NCBI GenBank assembly: GCA_963713975.1
Contig: OY970218.1
Coordinates: 64,001 to 128,000 of the forward strand
Length of the DNA stretch: 64,000 nucleotides
Reading direction: 5' to 3'
DNA from: an uncultured Chloroflexia bacterium
GTDB lineage: Bacteria; Chloroflexota; Limnocylindria; Limnocylindrales; CSP1-4
Shown here: positions 19,118-28,630 of the stretch, piece after piece
Layout: each line of letters starts with the position of its first letter
Position numbering within the stretch: position 1 is the first letter of the stretch
Made by a program: the position numbers and the translations under genes
The notes under the pieces: generated by a model
Told to the model about the DNA's origin: nothing
Seen by the model: only the letters and a program-made list of their open reading frames with translations
Database searches by the model: none

Positions 19118-19843
19118 GTGACGCCGGTCCTCGTCGCCATCGCCCTCATCGTCGTCGCGGGAGCGGTCACGGCCGTCGCCGCGGCGACCCCGCGGCTGGC
19201 GGTGCTGGGCCTCCTCGTCGCGATGGTCGGCGCGACCTATGTCGTCGAGCCGCTGCCGGGCTCGCAGGGGCTGCTGGCACGACTGGCGGGCACGACGCTC
19301 GGCGTCTACCTCGTGTGGATCGGCCTCCGCCGCGCACCGGCGTCGCTCCCGGCCGCCAGCACCGGCTGGATCGGGACGGCGGCGATCGCTGCCATCGCCT
19401 TCGCTGCCGGGTGGCTGGCCGCGACCTCGCTCGGCTCGACGCTCGCCACCGGTGCTCCCGGCGGACCGGGTGGCGGCGGCGCAGGTGCTGCCCTCGTGGC
19501 TGGCACGCCCGTGGCTCGGGCCGCAGTTGGCGCTGCCCTGGCGCTGACGGCCGCAGCCCTTCCGCAGGTCGTGCTGGCCCGGGACACGCTGCGCCTGGGC
19601 GTGGGCCTGCTGCTGCTGCTGGCGGCGGCGGGCCTGCTGGCGAACGCCTTGATCGGACGGGTGGACAACGTGGTCGAGCTCGCGATGGCCGCGCTGACCG
19701 CCCTTGCGGGGGCCGCCGTCGCCGCCGTCATCGCCGGGTCCGTACGGCGGGGCGGCGACCTCGCGATCCGGGATTCGCTGCGGCCGGACGCGGCCATCCG
19801 CCATCGGTCGGCAGACGATGCGCACCGGCTCGGAGGGTCCTGA
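19118..19843 (+). CDS. Hypothetical integral membrane protein (about 7 TM)
   Basis: Ala/Leu/Gly-rich hydrophobic ORF packed between lepB and the next gene. Confidence 0.7.
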   Translation: MTPVLVAIALIVVAGAVTAVAAATPRLAVLGLLVAMVGATYVVEPLPGSQGLLARLAGTTLGVYLVWIGLRRAPASLPAASTGWIGTAAIAAIAFAAGWLAATSLGSTLATGAPGGPGGGGAGAALVAGTPVARAAVGAALALTAAALPQVVLARDTLRLGVGLLLLLAAAGLLANALIGRVDNVVELAMAALTALAGAAVAAVIAGSVRRGGDLAIRDSLRPDAAIRHRSADDAHRLGGS

Positions 19844-19848
19844 CCCCC

Positions 19849-21558
19849 ATGCGCCTGCTGCTGCTCCTTGTCATCGGTGGCCTCGGAGCCGTCGTTGCCG
19901 CGTGGGGGCTGCAGCGTGACGGTCGCGTTGCCCGGATGGCCGCCATCGTCGGGATCGCGGCACTTGTCGCCGTCACGGCGGACGCGTTCCTGCTTCGGCC
20001 GGCACGACTGAGCGGCTCGGGTGAGCCATTCAAGGGCCTGTTCGACGCCCGCCTGGTCACGACCGGCTACCTCCGGCTGGTCGTCGGGCTGTGGGGGCTG
20101 GAAAGCCTGATCCTCGTGTTCGTCGCGTGGCTCCTGGGTGGCCTCGCCGGATTGCGGACCCTGCTGCCCGCGACGCTTGCCGCGATCACCGGCGGGACGG
20201 TCGCAATGGCCTCGGCCAACCTGGCGGTCGGGGCAGCAGCGGCGGCGGCAACCGGCCTCGCGGTGCTCATGATCCTGCTCGCCGAGGACGGTTCGGCCGC
20301 CGTGGCGGCCGCGGCGCGGGAGCTGCGCGTGGCCCTGGCGACCGGTGCCGTAATCCTGGCCGCGCTCGTCGTCGTGCCGGTGGCGGCACGCCTCGCCCTG
20401 CTCACAGCGGGCGCCGGCACCGACGATGGCACGGGTGCCGTGGGGGCCTCGGTGGCCGGCCCGGCCATGGGCCTGATCACGATCGCCGTCGGCCTGGCGG
20501 TGGCCGCCCGCTGGGGCATGCTGCCGTTCCACGTCCGCGTCTCCCGCGTGACCGACCTCGTGGCGCCCGTGACCCTGCCGCTCATGCTGGTCTGGATCCC
20601 GGTCCCCCTGACGGTCGTCACCCTCACGGCGGTGGACTGGTTCATCGCACCGCTGGCGCTGCCCCTGGAAGGCGAACGATTGGTGCTGGTGGTGATGGCG
20701 TTCGCAACGCTGACCGGGGCATCGCTGGCGGCCTTCTTCCATGACGATCTCCGACATGCCGCCGGCTACCTCGTGATCGCCGATTCGGGCCTGCTGCTGC
20801 TGGCGATCGCGGCGCTGGATCCGGCGGCATGGGGACCCGGCCGGGAATGGGTGGTGGTGCTGGCGGCCTCGAAGACGGCCCTGATCGCATGGGCCTTCGT
20901 CGCCGAGGACAGGTTCCAGACCCGCAGCATCCCCGACCTGCGCGGGTGGGCCCGCCGGTCACCGCTGCTCGCGGCGGCGCTGCTGCTCACGACGCTCGCG
21001 ACGTTCGGCCTCCCCGGCTGGATCGCATTCGAGGTCCGCGGCACGCTGCCCGGCCTCGTGGCCGGCGGTCCGTGGGATGCCCTCCTGGTCATCGCCGGGT
21101 TGCTGGCCCTTCCCACCTACCTGCGACTGCTGGGCCTGGGCCTTGGATTGCCGACCAGCCGGGTGGAGGCGGCCGCACCGGAGCGGATCATCCGGCGGCG
21201 GGGGCGGCGCGTCGAGACGCTCACCGTAGAGCTCGAGAGCCCGGCCGTGCCGGAAGGCGCGGCGGATCCGACGGCGATCATGGCCGGAGGGTCAGATGCC
21301 GGCGCCGGGACGCTGGGGGCCGGCGACCATCCCGCGGTCCGTCGGACGACCGCTCGCCGGGTCACGACGCTGCGGGTCACGACGCTGCGGGCGGCTCGTC
21401 GGGTGACCGCGGCCCTGCGCCGGGACCATACGGAGCTGCTGTCAGGCGCCGTGCTCGCCCTTGCGGTTCTCGCCATCCTCATGAGCTGGGGGGCGCTGGA
21501 CATCTCCGCCGCCGCGGCGGACCCCGCCCCCATCGTCACGGGGCCGGCCAGCGATTAG
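19849..21558 (+). CDS. Divergent proton-conducting membrane transporter subunit (NuoN/MrpD/HyfB-like)
   Basis: Many TM segments; GMLPFHV, SKTAL, DLRGWARRSP and TFGLPGWIAF resemble antiporter-like subunit motifs. Confidence 0.65.
   Translation: MRLLLLLVIGGLGAVVAAWGLQRDGRVARMAAIVGIAALVAVTADAFLLRPARLSGSGEPFKGLFDARLVTTGYLRLVVGLWGLESLILVFVAWLLGGLAGLRTLLPATLAAITGGTVAMASANLAVGAAAAAATGLAVLMILLAEDGSAAVAAAARELRVALATGAVILAALVVVPVAARLALLTAGAGTDDGTGAVGASVAGPAMGLITIAVGLAVAARWGMLPFHVRVSRVTDLVAPVTLPLMLVWIPVPLTVVTLTAVDWFIAPLALPLEGERLVLVVMAFATLTGASLAAFFHDDLRHAAGYLVIADSGLLLLAIAALDPAAWGPGREWVVVLAASKTALIAWAFVAEDRFQTRSIPDLRGWARRSPLLAAALLLTTLATFGLPGWIAFEVRGTLPGLVAGGPWDALLVIAGLLALPTYLRLLGLGLGLPTSRVEAAAPERIIRRRGRRVETLTVELESPAVPEGAADPTAIMAGGSDAGAGTLGAGDHPAVRRTTARRVTTLRVTTLRAARRVTAALRRDHTELLSGAVLALAVLAILMSWGALDISAAAADPAPIVTGPASD
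21358..21391 (+). repeat. 15-bp in-frame tandem duplication (RVTTL x2)
   Basis: CGGGTCACGACGCTG twice, then CGGG. Confidence 0.8.
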
Positions 21559-21598
21559 GTCTCGCGCGGGCAGCACCGCGACCCGGCCGCCGCCGGGC

Positions 21599-22066
21599 CT
21601 ACTCGCCCGGGGCAAGCACCCAGCGATCGACCTCACGCTCGTACTCGAGCAGCTCCTCGGGCCGGAACCAGAGCGCCAGCTCCGCCGCTGCGTTCTCGGG
21701 GCTGTCGGAGGCGTGGACCAGGTTCTGGGCGGTTTCGACGGCGAAGTCGCCGCGGATGGAGCCGGGGGCGGCCTCGTGCGGGCGGGTCGCCCCGTTCATG
21801 GCACGAACGATCGCGATCGAGTTGGGCCCCTCGAGCGCCGCGGCGACGAGCGGGCCCGACGTGATGAAGTCCACGAGACCGCGGAAGAACGGCTTCTCGC
21901 TGTGGACCGCGTAGTGCGCTTCGGCGAGCGCCCGGTCGACGTGGACCAGCTTGAGGCCGACGATCTTGAGACCGCGATCCTCGAACCGCGCGAGGACGCG
22001 ACCGACGAGCTGGCGCTGGACGCCGTCGGGCTTGACGAGGAGCAGGGTTCGCTGGAGATCCGTCAT
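21599..22066 (-). CDS. ndk: Nucleoside diphosphate kinase
   Basis: KPDGVQR, HYAVH..KPFF, PGSIRGDF, NLVHASDS. Confidence 0.97.
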   Translation of the reverse strand: MTDLQRTLLLVKPDGVQRQLVGRVLARFEDRGLKIVGLKLVHVDRALAEAHYAVHSEKPFFRGLVDFITSGPLVAAALEGPNSIAIVRAMNGATRPHEAAPGSIRGDFAVETAQNLVHASDSPENAAAELALWFRPEELLEYEREVDRWVLAPGE

Positions 22067-22188
22067 TCGGGCTGCGGGCCTCTATCTCGTGCGCGACCGC
22101 GGCCGTGCCGGGATCGCGGGGGTTGCTGGGTGGGAGCACAGGGTAGCGTGAGCCGGGCCGACCTCGCGCAGACCTGCATGTCCGGCGC

Positions 22189-23145
22189 TCAGGCAGGACC
22201 GGCGTCGGGGTCCGGCTCCTCCCGCTCTGCCGGCTCCGCGGACGCCGGGTCGGGGACGCGGCCGCGGGCGACATCGTAGGCGGCCAGCGCCTCGTGTTCG
22301 CGACCCAGGAGCCGAAGCGCGTCCCCGGCGACCAGGGCCAGCGCCGGGTCGGACATCCGGTCCCCGATGGCATCGAGCACGCCCTGAGCGAACGCAGGCT
22401 CGAGGCGGATCGCCACGCCGAGCCCCAGGGCCGCCGTTGCCACGGAACCTCCCCCCAGCGCCGCGCGGCCCCCGGCAAAGGCCCCCGCCGCCGCGGCCGA
22501 GGCCGAGGCCGAGGCCGGATCATCGCCGTTGCCGCCACGGGCGGGTCGTTTCGAGCCGGCGGGCGCGCGACCCGCCGAAGCAGTCCCGGCGACAGCAAGC
22601 CCGACCGCATCCGGTCCAGGATCCGGAGGCCAAACCGTGCTCCGGGGCATGCCGGCAAACACCCCCTCGAGGGAGCCGGTGTTGCGGGCCAGCGCGCGCC
22701 CGGCGAGTCTCCGCGCCTCCGCCGGACGCCCGAGCCCGGCCATGGCCTCCGCGGCGATCACGAACGCGAGCGGCTCGTCGACCCCGCGCCCGATCGCCGT
22801 GGTCGCCGCCTCGCCGGCACCGGCAAGGTCGCCGGTCCGCCACCGAGCTTCGGCCAGGTCCAGGAGCGCCACGTCGTCCAGCGTCCCGATCCCGGCAAAG
22901 GATTCGAGCTCCGCGCGAGCCAGCGCCAGCGCGCCCATCCGGAGGTGGACGCGGGCAAGCTGGAGCGAGACCGGGCGGCCACCGTCGACGTCGCCGGGCT
23001 CGTCGCCGGGCTCGTCGCCGTCGGCGATGCCCGCAGGCAGGAACGACCCGGCGGCCGAAGCAACGCCCGCGTCGGGACCCGGGTCCACGTCGGGAAGCGG
23101 GTCCGCGTCGGGCACGGGGGCGGGCGCACGCCGGCGGCGGGTCAT
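22189..23145 (-). CDS. Hypothetical TPR-like helical protein
   Basis: Ala-rich helical repeats (LARVHLRMG, LAEARWRTGD) with low-complexity linkers; ATGA overlap with the peptidase. Confidence 0.6.
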   Translation of the reverse strand: MTRRRRAPAPVPDADPLPDVDPGPDAGVASAAGSFLPAGIADGDEPGDEPGDVDGGRPVSLQLARVHLRMGALALARAELESFAGIGTLDDVALLDLAEARWRTGDLAGAGEAATTAIGRGVDEPLAFVIAAEAMAGLGRPAEARRLAGRALARNTGSLEGVFAGMPRSTVWPPDPGPDAVGLAVAGTASAGRAPAGSKRPARGGNGDDPASASASAAAAGAFAGGRAALGGGSVATAALGLGVAIRLEPAFAQGVLDAIGDRMSDPALALVAGDALRLLGREHEALAAYDVARGRVPDPASAEPAEREEPDPDAGPA

Positions 23146-24410
23146 CGTCCCAGCCTCAGGTGGCGGTCGAGGCCGCGCAGGTGCCGCGCGGGCGCCACGA
23201 CGGCCATCCTCAGCCCATCGTCTCGAAACAGCTGTCCGGCCAGGTCGCGGACCGCCTCGGATCGCACCGCGTCCACGGAGGCAAGCGCGTCGTCCAGCGT
23301 CAGCACCCGCTCGTGGAGCGCCTCCTGCCCGCCGATCCACGAGGCAAGGTGGCGGGTGTCGTCCATGCGCAGCTCCAGGCCTCCCGAGAGGTAGGCCTTG
23401 GCCTTGGCCAGCTCGTCGGCCGGCACCGCGTCGTCCACGAGGCGCTTCAGCTCGGCCAGGATCGCCTCGATCGCGGCCGGCAGCTGCGCCGGATCCACGC
23501 CGGCCGAGATCTCGAGGGCGCCCGCGTCCGCGTACTCCACTGCCCCCGACGAGACGTCGTAGGCCAGGCCCTTCTCCTCGCGCACCCCCAGGAAGAGCCG
23601 GCTCGACATCCCGTCGCCGAGCACCGCGTTGAGCACGGCGAGGTCCCAAGCCGCCTCGTGGTCGCGCCGGAGGGCGGGCAGCCCGATCACCAGCTGGGCC
23701 TGGGAGGTGTCGCGCTTCCCCGTGAGGACTCTGGGGCCGGCGGGCAGCGCCGGAGCCGGGGCGGCCGTGGGCGCTGACCCGATCCCGGACCCGAAGGCGG
23801 CCGCGGCCAGCTCGACCGCCTCTTCGTGCTCCAGGTCGCCGGCGACGGCTACGACCGTGTTCGCCGGCCGGTACATGGCCCCCCAGAAGTCGCGGATGGC
23901 CGCCGCAGGCAGTGCGCGGATGCCCTGCTCGTCGCCGCAGATCTCACGGCCGAGCGCGCCATCGCCGAACAGCGCGGTCTGGGCAAGCATCTGGCAGTAC
24001 TCGGAAGGATCGTCGAGATAGGACCGGATCTCCTCCACGATCACCGTCCGCTCCTGGTCGATGTCGGCGTCGTCGAGACGTGGCCGGACGATGAGCTCGC
24101 CCAAAACGTCCATCGCCCGCGCCGCCTCGCGCCGCGGCACGCGCGCCCAGTAGACGGTGGACTCGCGGTCCGTGGCCGCGTTCGCGGAGCCGCCGACGCC
24201 CTCGATCGCCTCGCTGATCGCCCGGCTCGACGGGTAGCGGGCCGTGCCCTTGAAGGTCAGGTGTTCCATGAAGTGCGCGACACCGGCCTCGGCGGGCGCC
24301 TCCAGGCGCGACCCCGCCAGCACGTACGCGGCGATAGCGACGGATCGGGAGCCCGGCAGGCGGGCGGAGATGACACGCGGCCCCTGGGGCAGCTCGGTCC
24401 GGTGGAACAT
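23142..24410 (-). CDS. M16 (pitrilysin/insulinase) family zinc peptidase
   Basis: GVAHFMEHLTFKGT (HxxEH), GMSSRLF..VREEKGLAY. Confidence 0.93.
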   Translation of the reverse strand: MFHRTELPQGPRVISARLPGSRSVAIAAYVLAGSRLEAPAEAGVAHFMEHLTFKGTARYPSSRAISEAIEGVGGSANAATDRESTVYWARVPRREAARAMDVLGELIVRPRLDDADIDQERTVIVEEIRSYLDDPSEYCQMLAQTALFGDGALGREICGDEQGIRALPAAAIRDFWGAMYRPANTVVAVAGDLEHEEAVELAAAAFGSGIGSAPTAAPAPALPAGPRVLTGKRDTSQAQLVIGLPALRRDHEAAWDLAVLNAVLGDGMSSRLFLGVREEKGLAYDVSSGAVEYADAGALEISAGVDPAQLPAAIEAILAELKRLVDDAVPADELAKAKAYLSGGLELRMDDTRHLASWIGGQEALHERVLTLDDALASVDAVRSEAVRDLAGQLFRDDGLRMAVVAPARHLRGLDRHLRLGR

Positions 24411-24618
24411 CGCCCCGATGGTAGCCCCGAGCGCCACCCAGCGCGCCGAAACGGCGCAGTCCGGCCACAACCGGATGGCATCCATAGGGCGACGCGCGCG
24501 CGACGTTGCCGCCCTCGATGCAGCCTATGATGGCGGCTTGTCACCACGACCGGCGGCGGGGCGTGTCGCGCGGTCTGGCGTGTGCCTAGTCGCGTCCCGC
24601 GAAGGAGGAGAAAGATCG

Positions 24619-25878
24619 ATGGTGGGTCGCACTGGGCGGATTCTGACCCTGCTGATGGCCGGGTCCCTGGTGGTCGGCGGGTGCTCGCAGGCTGCATCGA
24701 GCCCGGCGGCGTCGGGCCCGGCGGCGTCGAGCACAGGCTGTAGTGCCGGTGCCGCCTCGGGGACGCAGATCCCCGAGATCGAAGAGGGCAAGTTCAACGT
24801 GGCCATGGTCCTCATCGGACCGCACGACGATGGCGGCTGGAGCCAGGCTCACTACGAGGGCCTGCTGTCCCTGTGCGAGAACGTCGAGGAGACGCACGTC
24901 GCCTACATCGAGAACGTGCCCGAAGGCGCCGACTCCGAGCAGACCTTCCGATCGCTGGCGCGCAAGGGCTTCGACTTCATCATCGGCACGTCCTTCGGGT
25001 ACATGGACCCGATGGAGGCCGTTGCCACCGAGTTCCCCGACCAGACGTTCCTCCATCTCACCGGGTACAAGAGCAACGGCAAGAACTTCGGCAACTTCTT
25101 CGGCGCGATGGAGGACTTCAAGTACCTCGCCGGCATGCTCGCGGGCTCGCGCGCCAAGGCTGACGGCAACCCGAAGATCGGCTACATGGCGACCTTCCCG
25201 ATCCCCGAGGAGCTCCGCCTGGGCAACGCCATCATGCGCGGCGTGAAGCAGACATGCCCCGAGTGCACGATGGACGTGGTGTTCATCAACACCTGGCACG
25301 ACCCGATCAAGGAGAAGGCCGGGGCGACCGCGCTGTTCGACGCCGGGGCCCAGGTGGTGTTCACGGGTGCCGACACCGGCGCCGTGGCGGATGTTGCCCA
25401 GGAGAAGGGCAAGTGGGGCATCACGTACGACCACCCGGCATCGTGCAAGGTGGACGCCTGCATGACCGCCCCGTACTGGATCTGGGGTCCCGAATACTCC
25501 CGCATCGCGGAGGCGGTCAAGGCCGGCACCTACACCGCCGGCTACGAGTACTTCGACGCCGACTCGAAGGCGATGGGGCTGCTCGGGTTCATGGACGGCG
25601 AGGAGCTCCGCGCCGGCGTCAAGGACCTCCCCAAGGCCGACCTTGCGAAGGTCAAGGACACGCTGGCCCAGATGCTCGCCGGCACCTTCAACCGGTTCGA
25701 CGTCTTCGCCGGGCCGCTCACGGACAACACCGGCAAGCAGCTCCTCGCCGTCGGCGAGAAGCTTGAGCAGTCGGACCTCGACCAGTTCCCGCCCGGTGCC
25801 CCGGGCAGCGAGTGCAAGACCTGCATGTACTGGTGGAACGACGGAATCCAGGCCGAGCTGCCGGCACTCGACAACTAG
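24619..25878 (+). CDS. BMP-family (nucleoside/purine-type) ABC substrate-binding lipoprotein
   Basis: Lipobox VVGGC, DGGWSQAH, IIGTSFGY, YLAGMLAG, TWHDP; GGAGGAG RBS. Confidence 0.9.
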   Translation: MVGRTGRILTLLMAGSLVVGGCSQAASSPAASGPAASSTGCSAGAASGTQIPEIEEGKFNVAMVLIGPHDDGGWSQAHYEGLLSLCENVEETHVAYIENVPEGADSEQTFRSLARKGFDFIIGTSFGYMDPMEAVATEFPDQTFLHLTGYKSNGKNFGNFFGAMEDFKYLAGMLAGSRAKADGNPKIGYMATFPIPEELRLGNAIMRGVKQTCPECTMDVVFINTWHDPIKEKAGATALFDAGAQVVFTGADTGAVADVAQEKGKWGITYDHPASCKVDACMTAPYWIWGPEYSRIAEAVKAGTYTAGYEYFDADSKAMGLLGFMDGEELRAGVKDLPKADLAKVKDTLAQMLAGTFNRFDVFAGPLTDNTGKQLLAVGEKLEQSDLDQFPPGAPGSECKTCMYWWNDGIQAELPALDN

Positions 25879-25914
25879 CCGATCGGTCGCGACTCCGGCA
25901 TCGAGCTCCACCAG

Positions 25915-27495
25915 GTGAGCGAACAGGCAACCACGGCCGGCGCCATCGCGGCGCCGGCCGTCGAGTTGCGTGGCATCGTCAAGCGGTTCCCGGGCGTCGT
26001 CGCCAACGACGACGTCGATTTCGCGTTGACGGTCGGCGAGGTCCACGCCCTTCTCGGGGAGAACGGCGCCGGCAAGAGCACCCTCATGAACATCCTCGAC
26101 GGGCTGTACCAGCCCGACAGCGGGGAGATCCTGATCGACGGCCGGCCCATGGCGTTCCGCTCCCCGCGGGACGCGATCGCGGCCGGCCTCGGGATGGTCC
26201 ACCAGCACTTCGCGCTGGTCGCGTCGATGACGGTCACGGAGAACATCCTCATCGGCCTCGACCGGCCTCGACTCCGGCTGGACCTGCGCCGGCACGACGC
26301 CGAGATCGCCCGGCTCGCCGAGGCACACGGCCTCAACGTGGATCCGCGGGCGAAGGTGTGGCAGCTGTCCGTGGGTGAGCGCCAGCGCGTGGAGATCCTC
26401 AAGGTCCTCTACCGCGGCGCCCGGGTCCTGATCATGGACGAGCCCACGGCCGTCCTGGCCCCGCAGGAGATCGACGACCTGTTCCGCACGCTGCGGTCCA
26501 TGACCGAGGCGGGTCGGAGCATCGTGTTCATCAGCCACAAGCTCGGCGAGGTCCTGGCCATCGCGGACCGGGTCACCGTCATGCGTCGGGGAAGGGTGAC
26601 GGCGAAGGGCCTTCCCGCGGCGGGCATGACCAAGCCGCAGCTCGCCCGGTTGATGGTGGGTCGCGAGGTGCTCGAGAGCCTCGAGCGGACCTGGCTCCCG
26701 CCCGGCGACGTCGTGCTCTCGCTCGAGAACGTCCAGGCCGAGGGCGACAAGGGTGTCATGGCCCTGCGCGGCGTCGACCTCCAGGTCCGTTCGGGCGAGA
26801 TCGTGGGTATCGCAGCCGTCGCGGGCAACGGCCAGAGCGAGCTGGCGGAGGTCATCTGCGGCCTGCGCGCGTGCCACGGACGGGTCCTCGTCGGTGGTGA
26901 CGACATCGCCAACCGGCCCGTGCGCAAGGCCATCCAGCACGGCGTCGCGCATGTGCCCGAGGACCGGACGGGCGTCGGCACCGCGCCGAACCTGTCGCTC
27001 GTGGACAACCTCATCATGAAGCGCTACCGCACACGACCGATCGCCCGGGGCTGGACGATCGACATGGGCGCCGCCCGTGCTGCTGCGAGCGAGCTCAAGG
27101 ACAGCTACGAGATCTCGGCGCCGTCGATCGACACGCAGGCGCGCCTGCTCTCCGGCGGCAACATCCAGCGCCTGATCCTGGCGCGGGAGATCGAGTCCGC
27201 GCCCCGCCTGATGATCGCGGTCCAGCCCACCCGCGGCCTGGACGTCGGTGCGGTCGAGTCGGCCCACCGACTGCTCATGGAGCGCCGTACGGCCGGCGCG
27301 GCCATCCTGCTCATCTCGGAGGACCTGGACGAGATCCTCGCCCTGTCGGACCGCATCGCCGTGCTGTACGAGGGCAGGATCGCAGGGATCTCCGACTCGT
27401 CCGATGCAGACGTCACCACGATCGGCCTCCAGATGACCGGCGGCTCGGGCGAGGACCAGCCTGCAGCGCCGACCCTGTCCGGAGGCGCCGCATGA
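25915..27495 (+). CDS. ABC transporter ATP-binding protein (two ATPase domains, CUT2/nucleoside type)
   Basis: GENGAGKS, LSVGERQRVE, MDEPT, LSGGNIQR, QPTRGLD. Confidence 0.95.
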   Translation: MSEQATTAGAIAAPAVELRGIVKRFPGVVANDDVDFALTVGEVHALLGENGAGKSTLMNILDGLYQPDSGEILIDGRPMAFRSPRDAIAAGLGMVHQHFALVASMTVTENILIGLDRPRLRLDLRRHDAEIARLAEAHGLNVDPRAKVWQLSVGERQRVEILKVLYRGARVLIMDEPTAVLAPQEIDDLFRTLRSMTEAGRSIVFISHKLGEVLAIADRVTVMRRGRVTAKGLPAAGMTKPQLARLMVGREVLESLERTWLPPGDVVLSLENVQAEGDKGVMALRGVDLQVRSGEIVGIAAVAGNGQSELAEVICGLRACHGRVLVGGDDIANRPVRKAIQHGVAHVPEDRTGVGTAPNLSLVDNLIMKRYRTRPIARGWTIDMGAARAAASELKDSYEISAPSIDTQARLLSGGNIQRLILAREIESAPRLMIAVQPTRGLDVGAVESAHRLLMERRTAGAAILLISEDLDEILALSDRIAVLYEGRIAGISDSSDADVTTIGLQMTGGSGEDQPAAPTLSGGAA

Positions 27496-28628
27496 GCGCC
27501 CTCCGCGGCGGCCTCCCCTTCGCCATGCGCCTCGAGCCCAGGGTCGAGACGTCGCGATGGCTGTCGCCAGCGCTGACGGCGGGCGCCCTCGCCGTCGCGC
27601 TCCTCGTCTCCGGGCTGATCCTCGCGATCGTCGGCGCCGACCCGATCCGGGTCTACCTCCACATCGTCGGCTCGTCGCTCGGCAGCGTCGGCGCGATCTC
27701 GGACACGCTCGTCAAGTCGACGCCGCTCATTCTGACCGGCCTCGCCTGCGCCCTCGCTTTCCGGATGCGCCTCTGGAACATCGGCGCCGAGGGCCAGCTG
27801 CTGCTCGGTGCCTGGGCGGCCGCCGCCGTGGTCCTGGTGCCGATCGTGCCGGCCGGGTCGCCGGGCATCGTGGTGCTGGCCGTCATGCTGGTCGCCGGGT
27901 TCCTGGGCGGTGCGGCGTGGGGCCTGATCCCGGGCGTGCTCCGGGCGCGCTTCGGGGTCAACGAGATCATCGCCACGCTGATGCTCAACAGCATCGCCTT
28001 CGCGTGGATCCAGTACTGGGTGTTCGGCCCGTGGACCGAGGGCGGCTTCCAGATGACGCAGCAGTTCCCGGTCGAAGCCTGGCTCCCGCGCCTCAACGAC
28101 CTCGCTGAGGCGGTGCCGGGGCTCCGAGGCCTGACGGTCCATGGCGGGTTCCTGATCGCGCTCCTGGCGGCCGTCGTGGTCTGGCTGATCGTCGAGCGGA
28201 GCGCCTGGGGCTACGAGATCCGTCTCATCGGCGACAACCCGCGTGCCGCGAGGTACGCCGGGATCCGGATCGCCAGGAACATCCTCCTCGTGTTCGCCGT
28301 GTCCGGCGGCCTCGCCGGGATCGCGGGCATGGCGGAGATCGCGGGCGTCGTCCACCGTCTCCAGGACAACTTCTCGCCGGGCTACGGCTACACCGCGATC
28401 ATCGTCGCCTACCTGGCCAAGTTCCACCCGCTGCGGGTTGTGCCCGTCGCCATCCTTTTCGGGGCGCTCATCCTCGCCGGTCGGGAGATCCAGCCATCGG
28501 GCGTGCCGGCGATGATCCAGGGGACCATCCTGTTCTGCCTGATCGCGAGCGAGGTCTTCCTCCGCTACCGGATCGCCATCGTCCGTCGCCCGTCGCCGGT
28601 TGGCGGGGCCGTCGGCGTGGGGGAGTAG
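27492..28628 (+). CDS. ABC transporter permease
   Basis: NIGAEGQ, NEIIATLMLN, GYGYTAIIVA. Confidence 0.92.
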   Translation: MSALRGGLPFAMRLEPRVETSRWLSPALTAGALAVALLVSGLILAIVGADPIRVYLHIVGSSLGSVGAISDTLVKSTPLILTGLACALAFRMRLWNIGAEGQLLLGAWAAAAVVLVPIVPAGSPGIVVLAVMLVAGFLGGAAWGLIPGVLRARFGVNEIIATLMLNSIAFAWIQYWVFGPWTEGGFQMTQQFPVEAWLPRLNDLAEAVPGLRGLTVHGGFLIALLAAVVVWLIVERSAWGYEIRLIGDNPRAARYAGIRIARNILLVFAVSGGLAGIAGMAEIAGVVHRLQDNFSPGYGYTAIIVAYLAKFHPLRVVPVAILFGALILAGREIQPSGVPAMIQGTILFCLIASEVFLRYRIAIVRRPSPVGGAVGVGE

Positions 28629-28630
28629 CG

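Noticed and set aside
21358-23025. Short tandem repeats (15-bp x2, 12-bp x2, GAGGCC x3) as CRISPR or contingency loci
   Set aside because: In-frame, low copy, in low-complexity linkers, with no spacers or cas genes
24586-27267. Very long antisense ORFs (e.g. 893 aa here; also 52024-54384, 44327-46795, 41727-44135)
   Set aside because: Shadow frames of real genes in high-GC DNA; Arg/Gly/Pro- or Val/Asp/His-skewed composition and no motifs
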